Shown: positions 18,705 through 28,725 of the stretch, piece by piece
Layout of the letters: the number at the start of each line of letters is the position of its first letter
Position numbering within the stretch: position 1 is the stretch's first letter
Source of the DNA: an uncultured virus (IMG/VR IMGVR_UViG_3300046786_000613)
Taxonomy: Duplodnaviria; Heunggongvirae; Uroviricota; Caudoviricetes
Virus record (IMG/VR): IMGVR_UViG_3300046786_000613
DNA length: 64,000 bases
Strand: one strand, 5' to 3'
The notes under the pieces: model-generated
Databases searched by the model: none
Seen by the model: the letters and a program-made list of their open reading frames with translations, nothing else
Told to the model about the DNA's origin: nothing
Made by a program: the position numbers and the translations under genes

Positions 18705-18935
18705 TTAATTCCTTTTTTTCCGTGTAAATTTATCTAACGTGGTTAATCCTAAAGCACCAAATGCAAATAGGGCAATTGCATTAACAAGTGCCTCTGATGG
18801 ATGAATGCTTTTAGGATAAAATGTGTTCCCTACAAGAGCGGTTATAAGTGCTAAAACACAAAGTAAACCTGCTACTCTTTTTGATGAATAGTGACCTGTT
18901 TCATCACTAACTAATTCTTTAAAAAATGTTCTCAT
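18705..18935 (-). CDS. Putative holin (2 TM)
   Basis: SSKRV then two TMs and a basic C-terminus, next to the endolysin. Confidence 0.65.
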   Translation of the reverse strand: MRTFFKELVSDETGHYSSKRVAGLLCVLALITALVGNTFYPKSIHPSEALVNAIALFAFGALGLTTLDKFTRKKRN

Positions 18936-18936
18936 A

Positions 18937-19602
18937 TCAATTAATTAAATAAATACCACCTGCAAAACCAACTATCGCTCCCAAACCTAACCAAATGCCT
19001 TTTTTCTCATACCACTTGAGTTCATTTTTAATGACTACATTTTGCATAGAAGTAGTGCTAACATAAGGGTTGCTATATTGTACCTTGACAATCGGTTCTG
19101 ACTTTCTGAAGAAACCTTTTGACTTGTTTCCTATTGTAATTGTAGACTCGTTATTAAACCACAAAGAATCGACTAATAATCCGTTTTCTTTGGAAACTCC
19201 ATAAAAAGAAAAATAATCGTCTGTTAAACGAAGTCTTCTTTCTTGAAAGGTACAAGGATTGTTTACAAATTGCGTGTCAATTGTTTCGTAAGGAATGAAA
19301 ATAGAATCAACCAAAGTTTTCGTTTTCAAAACAACTTGGGTTGTTACTTTACGCATATCATTTAACATCAACAAACCCATATCAATCGCATCTTTTTGGC
19401 TCAATATGATTTGCTCTTGCTCTGCAATACGTTTTTTGTCCTTACCTACACTTTCTTTGAATACTTGTGAAGAGTAATTAAGTTTTTTGACACTATCCTT
19501 GAACAACGCAAGTTGTGCATCCTTACTACAACCATCCCAAACCAATAAAATGACTGCAATAAGTAGCACAACTAACGATATTCTTTCAATTTTTTGTTGC
19601 AT
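18937..19602 (-). CDS. Putative spanin-like lysis protein
   Basis: N-terminal signal ending DGCS, coiled coil, beta region, C-terminal TM; in lysis cassette. Confidence 0.5.
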   Translation of the reverse strand: MQQKIERISLVVLLIAVILLVWDGCSKDAQLALFKDSVKKLNYSSQVFKESVGKDKKRIAEQEQIILSQKDAIDMGLLMLNDMRKVTTQVVLKTKTLVDSIFIPYETIDTQFVNNPCTFQERRLRLTDDYFSFYGVSKENGLLVDSLWFNNESTITIGNKSKGFFRKSEPIVKVQYSNPYVSTTSMQNVVIKNELKWYEKKGIWLGLGAIVGFAGGIYLIN

Positions 19603-19604
19603 CC

Positions 19605-19739
19605 TTAATTTTTACCTCGAAGTAATCTGTAGTTTACCAATGCTCCCAAAGAGAAGCCAATAATTGCTACCACTACGAAAACGATGTCCAATTTCTCTTT
19701 GGTCGTTTTTTCGCTCCAATTTTGATTTTGCTCTGCCAT
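19605..19739 (-). CDS. Small membrane protein (44 aa, not in track)
   Basis: MAEQNQNW...IVFVVVAIIGFSLGALVNYRLLRGKN. Confidence 0.6.
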   Translation of the reverse strand: MAEQNQNWSEKTTKEKLDIVFVVVAIIGFSLGALVNYRLLRGKN

Positions 19740-19740
19740 A

Positions 19741-20127
19741 TTAATCTTTGTTATCTAATTCTGTTTCCAAATAGTCTACCATATTCAAAAGTTGTTTCCG
19801 TTCATCGTTTGACATTTTGGTATTGTTTATCATCTTTTGATTACTGATAATCATTTCAGCAACCTGTTTTTTACTCATCGCTTGAACATCTTTAACCAAC
19901 TTCAATGGAACTTTATTTTCCTTTGCTATTGCTTGTAGTTCAATTGTGCGTTTCTGTTCTAATGCCTTAACAGATTTTGAGGCATTTGGATTGGCTTTAA
20001 TGATTTCTCTTTTCTTGAACCACCAATACAAAATAATACTCGCACCTATTAAAACGTAAGGATTGGTGAGGTAACTTGTACCTCCTCCTCCACCGCCTAT
20101 TGCGCTATTGTCTGCTCCTACATACAT
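19741..20127 (-). CDS. Membrane-anchored virion protein
   Basis: MYVGAD start, Gly linker, TM plus KKR. Confidence 0.6.
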   Translation of the reverse strand: MYVGADNSAIGGGGGGTSYLTNPYVLIGASIILYWWFKKREIIKANPNASKSVKALEQKRTIELQAIAKENKVPLKLVKDVQAMSKKQVAEMIISNQKMINNTKMSNDERKQLLNMVDYLETELDNKD

Positions 20128-20133
20128 TTTGTT

Positions 20134-20832
20134 CTATTTTAATGTCTTTTTAAATTCAGATGCCACTAACTTATGACCTTCTGCCGTTGGGTGGATTCCA
20201 TCCGTTGTATTTTGCTTCAAATCGTAAACAGGTATGAAATTTACTCCCTTAATTGATTTGGGTAAACTTTTTTGAAGTTCCTTTCTTTTTTCAACCAAAG
20301 GAATCCATTTTTCTTTTGTATTTACATACGTTGTTAAGGGCATTATGTTTGGATTACCAAATTTACCATTTGCACCTTCTATTTTGTAACCTAAATTGAC
20401 AAATACATCAGCACCACTTTCGTTTGCCAAATCTGCCATTTTCTGAATGTTGCTTAAAGCCTTTTCTACTGATACACCCGAAGTCATATCGTTTCCACCG
20501 CCATAAATATAAACTCGGTCATATTTGTTGGATAGTTTAGCAGGTAAATTATCAAGCATCCATTTAGTTTGCTTACCAACTGATGCTAAAACATCAAATT
20601 GCTTATCGGGAAAGTCCTTAATGAGTATGTTTGGGTAAGTGAATTTTATTGCACTTCCCGAATCATTTTTTATTGCACTTTGGCTATCGCCAACAATCAA
20701 AATCTTTTTAGGATTCTTATTCTTAATCCTAACTTTTTTCTTTCTCGTTTTGACCAACACAAAAGACGTTAAACCTAAAAAGGTCAACGCTATTATTGAA
20801 TATGCCAATATCTTTTGTGTTCTATCGTTCAT
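20134..20832 (-). CDS. Membrane-anchored SGNH/GDSL esterase
   Basis: GDS, GGND and DGIHP motifs; N-terminal TM. Confidence 0.85.
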   Translation of the reverse strand: MNDRTQKILAYSIIALTFLGLTSFVLVKTRKKKVRIKNKNPKKILIVGDSQSAIKNDSGSAIKFTYPNILIKDFPDKQFDVLASVGKQTKWMLDNLPAKLSNKYDRVYIYGGGNDMTSGVSVEKALSNIQKMADLANESGADVFVNLGYKIEGANGKFGNPNIMPLTTYVNTKEKWIPLVEKRKELQKSLPKSIKGVNFIPVYDLKQNTTDGIHPTAEGHKLVASEFKKTLK

Positions 20833-21512
20833 TATTTTTTGATTCGTTTGTAACCAATAAGTGAAATTGTTATAACTGATGCCAAAACTAATCCATAAAC
20901 GGCAAATCTACGCAATCGTCTTTTGTAGGCTCTTTGGTCTATCAAAGTATAAGTAAAAGTATTGCCGTGTAGTTGTTTATGCTTTCTTGCCAAATTCATA
21001 AACTCTTCAAAGTCAGATACATTTGCAAACACTTGACATCCTGCGCTATATTTACCAATATCTGCGGTATTTGCACCTGCCTTATGTAGATTGATTCCAA
21101 ATAAGCCTGTTTCTTCTCTTCCGTTGTTCCAATCAAGAATTGCATCTCGGTTGTAATCACGATATACGACTACAGGTTTTTTTTGAACAACCGCTTCATA
21201 GGAATTTCTGTGCATTCCAATTCCATAAGAATCTACATATTGACCTTCTTTGAGAATTGCACTACCCAAATTGCTTAATGGATTTTGCAAAAAATATGTT
21301 GCAGGGTCGGTAGTAATGTTGTATTCTTTACCTTCCCAATCATTATCATCATTTTTCCAAAACACAAACATTTTGTCATCAAACTTATTCGGAATAGTGT
21401 TTTTGCTTCTTCTCCCGACTATGTTCAATTGATAAGGCTTCGTATAAATAACATAGCCTTTGCCTTTTAAAGCATTAACTAATGTCCGTATTCTGTTTCT
21501 TGATAAATCCAT
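20832..21512 (-). CDS. L,D-transpeptidase/YkuD-like peptidoglycan enzyme with C-terminal TM
   Basis: GINLHKAG...YSAGCQV catalytic His/Cys pattern. Confidence 0.7.
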   Translation of the reverse strand: MDLSRNRIRTLVNALKGKGYVIYTKPYQLNIVGRRSKNTIPNKFDDKMFVFWKNDDNDWEGKEYNITTDPATYFLQNPLSNLGSAILKEGQYVDSYGIGMHRNSYEAVVQKKPVVVYRDYNRDAILDWNNGREETGLFGINLHKAGANTADIGKYSAGCQVFANVSDFEEFMNLARKHKQLHGNTFTYTLIDQRAYKRRLRRFAVYGLVLASVITISLIGYKRIKK

Positions 21513-21520
21513 TGTTGCTT

Positions 21521-21847
21521 TTATTTTGCAAAAATCCTTAAAACGCTATAAGCACCATAAATCATAAGTGCCAAACCGCCATAGTACAAAATTTTGTTAT
21601 CACGGAATTTCATTCCACTTATGTACTCTTTGTATTGTCCATAAGGCAACAACTTCCAAGAATAATGAACTCCATCTGTTTCTTCAAGTCGGAAAATCAT
21701 CCAATTATCATTGCCTTTAGGCAAATTACTTAAAGCACCATCAAGGGTGTCATACATCGCACTATGTAAAATCTCATAGTTTGAAGGGGCAATCCAAGTT
21801 AGTTTAATTGTTCCTTTTGAATATGGTAGTTCATCCATTTTAAACAA
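21521..21847 (-). CDS. Membrane protein (C-terminal TM)
   Basis: Hydrophobic C-terminus. Confidence 0.6.
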   Translation of the reverse strand: MFKMDELPYSKGTIKLTWIAPSNYEILHSAMYDTLDGALSNLPKGNDNWMIFRLEETDGVHYSWKLLPYGQYKEYISGMKFRDNKILYYGGLALMIYGAYSVLRIFAK

Positions 21848-21849
21848 GG

Positions 21850-22119
21850 TTAAGCACGTTCTTCTGTTAACTTATCAGCAATAAGAGCATCAACTTCATT
21901 TTCTTTAGGAACAAAATAAATCAAACGTGGTATGAAACCAAGAATGATTGCATTCCCTAAACCATAAATTGCATAACGCAAAACACCTCCACCCGTTCTG
22001 TAAGCGTAGGATAAACCTAAAACTAACCCTGCCGAAGCAATCATTGCGTTTTGGGTCTGTAATGTCAATTTTCTTGCCTCTAATTCACTTAAAGACATCG
22101 CTTTTAAATCTTTTGCCAT
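21850..22119 (-). CDS. Two-TM membrane protein
   Basis: Two hydrophobic helices. Confidence 0.6.
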   Translation of the reverse strand: MAKDLKAMSLSELEARKLTLQTQNAMIASAGLVLGLSYAYRTGGGVLRYAIYGLGNAIILGFIPRLIYFVPKENEVDALIADKLTEERA

Positions 22120-22356
22120 CTTATTTGTCTAATTTAGTCAAGACTACTGCAACAACTATAATCACTAAAATTGCAGGAAAGGATAATCCTAAAATTGCCT
22201 TTTTATCTTCGTCTTTCATTACTTTTTCTCTTTGTAAACAATCATTCCTGTTTTAGTCTTTGATGCTACATAGGTTTTTCCATTGTGCGTGAAAGACTTT
22301 GCACCTTCTTTTCGTGCCTTGTTCATTTTGGTAAAGTATTCGTTTGCCATAACTTG

Positions 22357-22839
22357 TTATTTAATTAATCTATTTATTCTTTTAAAAGCACTTACATAAC
22401 CTTTACGAGCATTTTCAAACGCTACGTTATCCATAGGTTTGTCTACTCCCGAATCAGTCACATAATAATCAAAATCCGAGTAATATAAAAATGCACTATC
22501 AAATCCTTCTTTGTCAGTTACATCGTTTACATATTGTTTTTTTTGTGAAGGTAGTTTTTTGATAGCAGTTTCTAATTCTTTTTTCTTTTCCTTAAAGTTT
22601 TTCAAAGCCTCTTGAAAAGATTTGCTTTTCACTTTACTCCAATCGTATTCAGTTAAAGCATAGTCTTCTCCTTCTGCATCAATAATATCTTTTAACTCTT
22701 CTTTCCAATCAGAATACTCTTTAGATTCAAAAGAAACATCATTGTCCTTTGAGTCTTTCTTTTTATCTTCTTTTTCTTCTTCACTTACTAAAGAGTAAAC
22801 TCCGATTCCTGCTCCTAATAGTAATAGTAATTGCCACAT
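22357..22839 (-). CDS. Membrane-anchored protein with internal duplication
   Basis: N-terminal TM; DIIDAEGEDYAL..YDW / DVTDKEGFDSAF..YSDF. Confidence 0.6.
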   Translation of the reverse strand: MWQLLLLLGAGIGVYSLVSEEEKEDKKKDSKDNDVSFESKEYSDWKEELKDIIDAEGEDYALTEYDWSKVKSKSFQEALKNFKEKKKELETAIKKLPSQKKQYVNDVTDKEGFDSAFLYYSDFDYYVTDSGVDKPMDNVAFENARKGYVSAFKRINRLIK

Positions 22840-22845
22840 ATTTAT

Positions 22846-23394
22846 TTATTTTTTAGATGGATATTCATTCGGTCTTGTATACTTGTAAAAAAACTGCCTA
22901 ATGTAATTTCCTTTCGGGTTTTTAAAGTCAAGAACAAGGGTGTAATCACTACCACCAACCCTATCTTTCATATCATTGTATTGTTGCATCGCTCTGCTAT
23001 CTGCATTGCTTCCTGTAGAGCCAAAAGTAGTCATACCAATGTAGGCTTTACCATCTTTGCTCTCGTGAACTCTTGCTGACCATTTGACTTTGTAATTAAC
23101 AGAATCTACGTCAACTTTTATATCACTAACATCGGGATTGATGCCTTTTTTGTATAATTTCCGCATCTGTTCATTGATTTTGGTTGACATTTTCCCTCCA
23201 AAACCATCTGACTTTCTGCTTTCAAAACTATGCAAGGCATCTGCCCTATTTGCGATATTTTGGGGAACATTATATTCACCTTCAACCAAAATACCTTTGT
23301 TCTTTCTGCGATAACGTAATAGCGCAAAAGTTGCACCGAACAAAGTCAATGCAACTATAGAAATAGCAATGATATTTTGAGTTTTTTCCTTCAC
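22846..23394 (-). CDS. Membrane-anchored hypothetical protein
   Basis: N-terminal TM similar to that of the SGNH protein. Confidence 0.6.
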   Translation of the reverse strand: MKEKTQNIIAISIVALTLFGATFALLRYRRKNKGILVEGEYNVPQNIANRADALHSFESRKSDGFGGKMSTKINEQMRKLYKKGINPDVSDIKVDVDSVNYKVKWSARVHESKDGKAYIGMTTFGSTGSNADSRAMQQYNDMKDRVGGSDYTLVLDFKNPKGNYIRQFFYKYTRPNEYPSKK

Positions 23395-23945
23395 TATGCC
23401 GTTGCCGTATTTGTAGCAGGTACTTTTTCCATTTTAGTTACAGAGAATACAACTCTTCGGTTTTTCTCACGACCTTCAGCCGTATTGTTATCTGCAATTG
23501 GTTCGGATTCTCCTTTACCTTCTGCCGTGATGCTAATTTCGCCAACTCCTTTTTTGATTAAGTAGGATTTAACTGCTTCTGCTCTATTTTCAGAAAGTTT
23601 CTGATTATAGTCTGTTTCACCCACATTATCAGTATGACCAACAATAGACAAACTAAATTCGGGATTGGCTTTCATATATTCAGCAATGTCATCCAAGAAT
23701 TTGTATGAAGATTGTGTAATGGTTGCACTACCCGTTTTGAATGTCAAGTTATCGTATGCTTTGGCAATAACCTCTTGAAACGCATTTGGCGCATCAATTT
23801 TGCACGTTTTTGTTTTGGCATCCCATTTTCCGCCCTTTTTTTCGCATTCGCTCCTGTTTTTGAACCTTTTATAAAGCAAATATCCTATTCCTCCGAGCAA
23901 AAGAATAGAACCAATAGTTAATGCAATTTTTACGTTTTTATTCAT
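23394..23945 (-). CDS. OmpA-C (peptidoglycan-binding) protein with N-terminal TM
   Basis: IVGHTDNVG..YNQKLSENRAEAV...GKGESEP...GREKNRRV. Confidence 0.92.
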   Translation of the reverse strand: MNKNVKIALTIGSILLLGGIGYLLYKRFKNRSECEKKGGKWDAKTKTCKIDAPNAFQEVIAKAYDNLTFKTGSATITQSSYKFLDDIAEYMKANPEFSLSIVGHTDNVGETDYNQKLSENRAEAVKSYLIKKGVGEISITAEGKGESEPIADNNTAEGREKNRRVVFSVTKMEKVPATNTATA

Positions 23946-24192
23946 CTCTAAATTTAAAAAATGTGAATACTAATCCCCAATCCAAGTCATCGCTTTTCAC
24001 TTGATTCTCAACGACTTCTCCTTCTTTGGCAACTGAATCATTTGGTTGTATGTCTTCTTGTAAAGGTTTAGTACCTCCACCCTCTTCAAGTTGTTCTGAA
24101 CTTCCTACCTCAACACTTGGGTCAATACCCGTTGAAGTTGAACCTACCGCATCGCTAACCTGCGTTGCTTGTGCTTGTGCCTGTGCCTCCAT
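23938..24192 (-). CDS. Acidic low-complexity protein
   Basis: Coupled ORF; contains LEEGGGT. Confidence 0.5.
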   Translation of the reverse strand: MEAQAQAQATQVSDAVGSTSTGIDPSVEVGSSEQLEEGGGTKPLQEDIQPNDSVAKEGEVVENQVKSDDLDWGLVFTFFKFRDE

Positions 24193-24193
24193 C

Positions 24194-24667
24194 TTACTTA
24201 ATTATAAGTTTACCAACACTACTTGCTTTACTTGCATAAAATCTATCGTTTGTTGCACCGCTTTTGTTTACATAAGTTGCAGGAATATTTGTCGCATCTA
24301 TTTTTACCGCCATAACTCTATCCGAGTTTGTTTGAGGACTCAAAGTGCCTAAAACAGAATATGTTCCATCTAATCCTTCAATACCATTTACCTCAACTGA
24401 TGTTCCTATTTTAAGGTTTGCCTTTGTTGGGTTTTCTGCAAGTTTCATTTCTTGAATTGCTGAAGCAGGATTAGCATTTAGAACAAAATCTTCAATTTGT
24501 TTCGGACTCCTTGTAGTTATGTATAAAAATAACTTTCCATCCGAACTTTTTCCGAATGAATAAACATTTAAAGCCTTGTATTTTCTTCTAAATAACAAGT
24601 AATATGTAATACTTCCTAACGCAAAAAGCGATGAAATAATTAAGAGGTTTCTTGTTCCTTTTTCCAT
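24194..24667 (-). CDS. Membrane-anchored protein
   Basis: N-terminal TM plus RRK. Confidence 0.6.
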   Translation of the reverse strand: MEKGTRNLLIISSLFALGSITYYLLFRRKYKALNVYSFGKSSDGKLFLYITTRSPKQIEDFVLNANPASAIQEMKLAENPTKANLKIGTSVEVNGIEGLDGTYSVLGTLSPQTNSDRVMAVKIDATNIPATYVNKSGATNDRFYASKASSVGKLIIK

Positions 24668-24945
24668 TGTTTATTTGATTTGAACCTACCTTTTTCATCA
24701 CGATATGTTCCGTGATTGAATTTGGTCAAATTTTGTTTGTCATTATAGTCTTGAAAAGGCTTTTTACTTGAAGAGCAATTTTCTTTTTTCAATACTTCTT
24801 TGTAATCGTGAGAAACTTTTTTGGTTTCATATTCTTGGTCTTGTATTTTTTCGGCTTTCTCAATTTTTTGAAGAAGGTAATGACCGATTTTTGAAATAAC
24901 AATAACAAAAGCAATACACAACATTAACATTAAAATACTTTTCAT
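24640..24945 (-). CDS. Membrane-anchored protein
   Basis: N-terminal TM; RDEKGRF motif. Confidence 0.55.
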   Translation of the reverse strand: MKSILMLMLCIAFVIVISKIGHYLLQKIEKAEKIQDQEYETKKVSHDYKEVLKKENCSSSKKPFQDYNDKQNLTKFNHGTYRDEKGRFKSNKQWKKEQETS

Positions 24946-25634
24946 TTTTGGTTTGTTTTAAAAGGGTTAATAAATAAAAAAACTGCCGAAGCACCTAAAA
25001 TCCAATAAATCCAATTGCTTGACTTTTTATTTTTTTTGGTAACAACTGCATTATCAATAGTCAATACTTTAGATGTAGCATATTCGCTATCTGACTCTAT
25101 TTCTTGTATATTTTCAGTATCTTTTAGTTTACTATTTTCCCCTTCTTGAGTATCAAAATTTTCATTTTTAGCCTCTACATAATTGAAGGTAACATTTACT
25201 CCTGTTAATGGCTCAAGTGTGTATCTGAAAGCCGTATTACCATCGAACACGAACATTTCTCCATCATCAGTTAAGTTAACATAATCGTAACTATATTGAT
25301 ATTGGTAAGGGTCTACTACTTGAACTTTTTGAAACAAAACTTCATCACCATTTACATCTATTTTTTTGAACCTAAATGGTCTTAAAATCTGCTTTTGCTT
25401 TGAAGCCTCATCGGGTGCTTGATTAATTTGAATAGTTAAGCCTTGTATTGCATAAACTGCACCTGTTTGTGAATTTAGGATGGTACTATAATTTGTGCTA
25501 CCAACCTCTGTGATTACAATATCACTTGGAATACTACCCGTTGCGCCTAACTCAAATAAAGATACATCACGAGTAACATCGGGGTCTGTATTATAGATGT
25601 TTAATGTAAAACTATTTGGTAGGGTCTTATTCAT
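24942..25634 (-). CDS. Membrane-anchored paralogue of the candidate major capsid protein
   Basis: Shares DVNG, DPYQxQ and [FI]DGxT with 43355..44098 in the same order; C-terminal TM. Confidence 0.7.
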   Translation of the reverse strand: MNKTLPNSFTLNIYNTDPDVTRDVSLFELGATGSIPSDIVITEVGSTNYSTILNSQTGAVYAIQGLTIQINQAPDEASKQKQILRPFRFKKIDVNGDEVLFQKVQVVDPYQYQYSYDYVNLTDDGEMFVFDGNTAFRYTLEPLTGVNVTFNYVEAKNENFDTQEGENSKLKDTENIQEIESDSEYATSKVLTIDNAVVTKKNKKSSNWIYWILGASAVFLFINPFKTNQK

Positions 25635-25641
25635 TTTTTAT

Positions 25642-25947
25642 TTATTTCAGAATAAATTTTAACAAAATGCTTATGAGAGCACTACCTACGGCAATACCCC
25701 CATATATTTTTGCCCACATAAATTTTTGGCTTTCAATCCATCTTTCGTGTTTATGGACTAATGCTACCAAACCTTCGTGACCAAAATCTTTATCACCTAC
25801 AATTGCGTTGTGAATCTTTTTCAAAGTTTCTCCCTGTTCTTCAACGCTCGTTTTTAATTCATCCAATTCTTTCTTGAGTTGAGTGTATTCCTTTGACGAA
25901 TTAGACCCTCGTGGATTTGTCGTAGTTCTTGTAGTCATACTATGCAA
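25642..25947 (-). CDS. Coiled-coil protein with C-terminal TM
   Basis: IVGD..FG..GLV, then TM. Confidence 0.55.
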   Translation of the reverse strand: MHSMTTRTTTNPRGSNSSKEYTQLKKELDELKTSVEEQGETLKKIHNAIVGDKDFGHEGLVALVHKHERWIESQKFMWAKIYGGIAVGSALISILLKFILK

Positions 25948-26072
25948 TCATATCTAATAAGTTTATATACAAATAGTTACGCCTAATATTTGGGCATAAC
26001 TATTTTATGTAATATACAAAAATTGATATTACCTTGCTAAATTAAAGAAATAAATTGTAAAATGGGTCTTTT

Positions 26073-28325
26073 TTATTTATGTTGAAACATAAATTTTTCC
26101 ATATTAACTACTTGACTTTCATCATTTAGTATCTTCATTATACGACTTGATGCTTTGTAGTCTTTATGTACCCACCAATCTTCGTAAGGACAATCATCGT
26201 TCATAGATACGTTTCCAATCACCAAAATATAACCTTTAGAACGCATAAACGCACGGCTTTCTTCTCTGATAGACTTTGTTAAATCTGCATAGTAATCGTG
26301 TTCAAAAGTAACTACACCAAACTTGAACTTATCAAAAGGTATCATTTGAAGGATTTGAAAAGAAACAATTGGTGGTTCGCAATCTACTTGCAAATAATCA
26401 AAGAATCCATCGTTATCATATTCTTTAGCCTTTTCATTCAAAAGTATCTCATAATCAACATCCAAAGCATTTGTGCAAATTACAGGGTTTTTTCGCTTAC
26501 TCTTGTGCTTAACTACTTCTTCTTCAAGAATTTCTATACCAACACCTTTCCAATCGTAAACGCTTTCCAAAAGTTTTGTGTTGCTACCATATTCGGGGTC
26601 TGCGCTACCTATTTCAATGTAAGTTCCGTTTTTCTTTCCTTCAGACATAAACAAAACAAACATATCTTGATAAGTTTGGCTATAGTTACGTTGTATCTTT
26701 TCAATGTCATTGAACTTGTACACATACCTATCTAAATCGTTTGATGTGTAAGAAAGAAATTTATCACCCGAACCTAATCGTGTGATATTGTTCTGAACAA
26801 GTGTTCGGTATTTTTCATCCATAGACATTCCGTATTGATTGGATATTTCAAAGAAAGTTTTCCTTGAATAGTCAAAACGACCTACCCACCAAGCACAATA
26901 AGCAATTTGAAATTTGATTTGATATTCTTGAACATCATACATAAAAGGAACTAATTTCATTGAATCTTGTTGGAAACAACTTAATGCCATTTTTGCCGAT
27001 GCAAAACAATTGAAATAATCTTGTTCTCGCTCATAGAATTGACTCAAAAGATAATGTGCTTCATATCTGTTTGGTAAGTATGCAACCGCATTCAATAATG
27101 CGGTTTTTTGTGATGCTCTACGTCTACCAATCCTACCAAGACATTCAGACACCATTACAAGTGAAGGATAAATTAAATTCTCATTTGCGTGTTCAAATAA
27201 ATATTCTAATTCAGCAGAACGTAGGAAAAAAGTCATTGCCGAAGCATAGTGACCTTCATTGAAGTAATCTAATCCTAAATCAAAATTAAAAAAACCATTT
27301 TCAGTTTCGCTAATAAACTTGTTGAGTTTATTGGTTTGAATAGGGTAGTTTTCTATTGGTGCTACTTCAATAAAAGATTCAAAAAATTCATCTGTCATTT
27401 CTAATAAGAATGCAGTTGTATCTTGTATACCAAATGTAATCAGAAATCTTCCATCTTTATGTGCTAATCCGCAACTGAACTCAATACGACAATCCATAAA
27501 TTTGAACTCATCACTAAAATTAACAATGTTCCAATCTTTATCCCAAACGATGAAACGATGATAATAGTGAGCATCTTTATTGTTCTTTGAGTTCATCCAT
27601 AAGTCCACCTCGTGAGTTATAGCAACAAAATAATCTTTGTATTTAATCACTTGACTACCACCTCTTAAATCTCTTTCAAAAGGTAATTTTTGCTCTTTTA
27701 AAACAATAGTTTCCGATGTTAGGGTATTTATGTCTACTTTAACTACTTCTGTAGGATTTGTCCACTTTACAAAGTGAAATGGCATATCTAAAATAGGCAT
27801 CCAATTCTTTTCACAATAAGTATAACCGCTTGGTGGTTCTATCCTGTATCTTTTTACTTCAACAAATTGAAAACCTGTATCTCGAAGTTCTGATAACTCC
27901 ATTCGACCAACACCATTTGTTGTTGTATCTCTACGTACACCACACAGGTAAAGTTTGCCATCCCACTTTACCAATCTACCATCTTCTAATCCAATAAATT
28001 CCCAAAGTGGTTCAACATCTAATTTTGAAGTATCTATCTTTTTAAAAGATAAATTGTTTTTTGATAAGTAATTACGAGTTCTTAAAGTAATGTCATCTTC
28101 GGGATTTAGGTATGCCAAACAACCCCAATGATTTTGAAAATTTTGCCCGTATTCTGAATGATATAGAGCATATTGAACATTTCTCAAATTGATGTAAAAA
28201 TCATCACCATCAATTAAAATAGAAGGATTTGTTAAACCCGTGTGTCCACTTTCAGTTGAATTGAAAAATAAAGGTTGAATTGAGCCATTAGCCTGTAAGG
28301 CTAACTTGCAAAGATTGTTTGTCAT
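26073..28325 (-). CDS. Fusion: glycosidase-like beta-propeller + TPR + FkbM-type methyltransferase
   Basis: NPSI, GLEDGRL, EKNWMP, RGGSQ, IEFSCG; helical TPR middle; YSQTYQD...IEIGS..P..GSNT...DYLQVDCE...TFEHD. Confidence 0.75.
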   Translation of the reverse strand: MTNNLCKLALQANGSIQPLFFNSTESGHTGLTNPSILIDGDDFYINLRNVQYALYHSEYGQNFQNHWGCLAYLNPEDDITLRTRNYLSKNNLSFKKIDTSKLDVEPLWEFIGLEDGRLVKWDGKLYLCGVRRDTTTNGVGRMELSELRDTGFQFVEVKRYRIEPPSGYTYCEKNWMPILDMPFHFVKWTNPTEVVKVDINTLTSETIVLKEQKLPFERDLRGGSQVIKYKDYFVAITHEVDLWMNSKNNKDAHYYHRFIVWDKDWNIVNFSDEFKFMDCRIEFSCGLAHKDGRFLITFGIQDTTAFLLEMTDEFFESFIEVAPIENYPIQTNKLNKFISETENGFFNFDLGLDYFNEGHYASAMTFFLRSAELEYLFEHANENLIYPSLVMVSECLGRIGRRRASQKTALLNAVAYLPNRYEAHYLLSQFYEREQDYFNCFASAKMALSCFQQDSMKLVPFMYDVQEYQIKFQIAYCAWWVGRFDYSRKTFFEISNQYGMSMDEKYRTLVQNNITRLGSGDKFLSYTSNDLDRYVYKFNDIEKIQRNYSQTYQDMFVLFMSEGKKNGTYIEIGSADPEYGSNTKLLESVYDWKGVGIEILEEEVVKHKSKRKNPVICTNALDVDYEILLNEKAKEYDNDGFFDYLQVDCEPPIVSFQILQMIPFDKFKFGVVTFEHDYYADLTKSIREESRAFMRSKGYILVIGNVSMNDDCPYEDWWVHKDYKASSRIMKILNDESQVVNMEKFMFQHK

Positions 28326-28344
28326 AACTTATTGGTTTGTTGAC

Positions 28345-28352
28345 CAAAAGTA
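28345..28352 (-). promoter_or_regulatory. Bacteroidota -7 element (TACTTTTG)
   Basis: Exact match ~20 nt before ATG 28325. Confidence 0.65.
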
Positions 28353-28356
28353 ATGA

Positions 28357-28500
28357 TTATTTTTTATCTGAACTAACAGGTTGTTTTATCGCTTGTAATG
28401 CTTGAATTATTTGAACTACTTCTTCAAGATTAAATGCACCTTTTTGAGTTGCTTGATTAAGTGCTTGTTCGAGAATTTTAATGGCTTGTTCGGTATTCAT
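28357..28500 (-). CDS. Small helical protein (47 aa, not in track)
   Basis: MNTEQAIKILEQALNQATQKGAFNLEEVVQIIQAL. Confidence 0.6.
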   Translation of the reverse strand: MNTEQAIKILEQALNQATQKGAFNLEEVVQIIQALQAIKQPVSSDKK

Positions 28501-28501
28501 A

Positions 28502-28714
28502 CTACGAAAATAAATAATTTACGAAAGCGGTAATATCTGTAAAAACATTTTTGTCTATGCTTACTGATAAATCTAGTAGCATTATACCCTCGTTTGTTCC
28601 AATATGCACTTGTGTTTCTGTTATAATTTCATATTGCAAACCATCAAAATTAGTGAATAAGTATTCATACCCATTCATCAAGAAACCTTTACCTGTTTTT
28701 TGTATTTCTAACAT
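28502..28714 (-). CDS. Hypothetical fibre-associated protein
   Basis: Operonic ORF after the fibre paralogues. Confidence 0.55.
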   Translation of the reverse strand: MLEIQKTGKGFLMNGYEYLFTNFDGLQYEIITETQVHIGTNEGIMLLDLSVSIDKNVFTDITAFVNYLFS

Positions 28715-28725
28715 ATTTATTTTTT

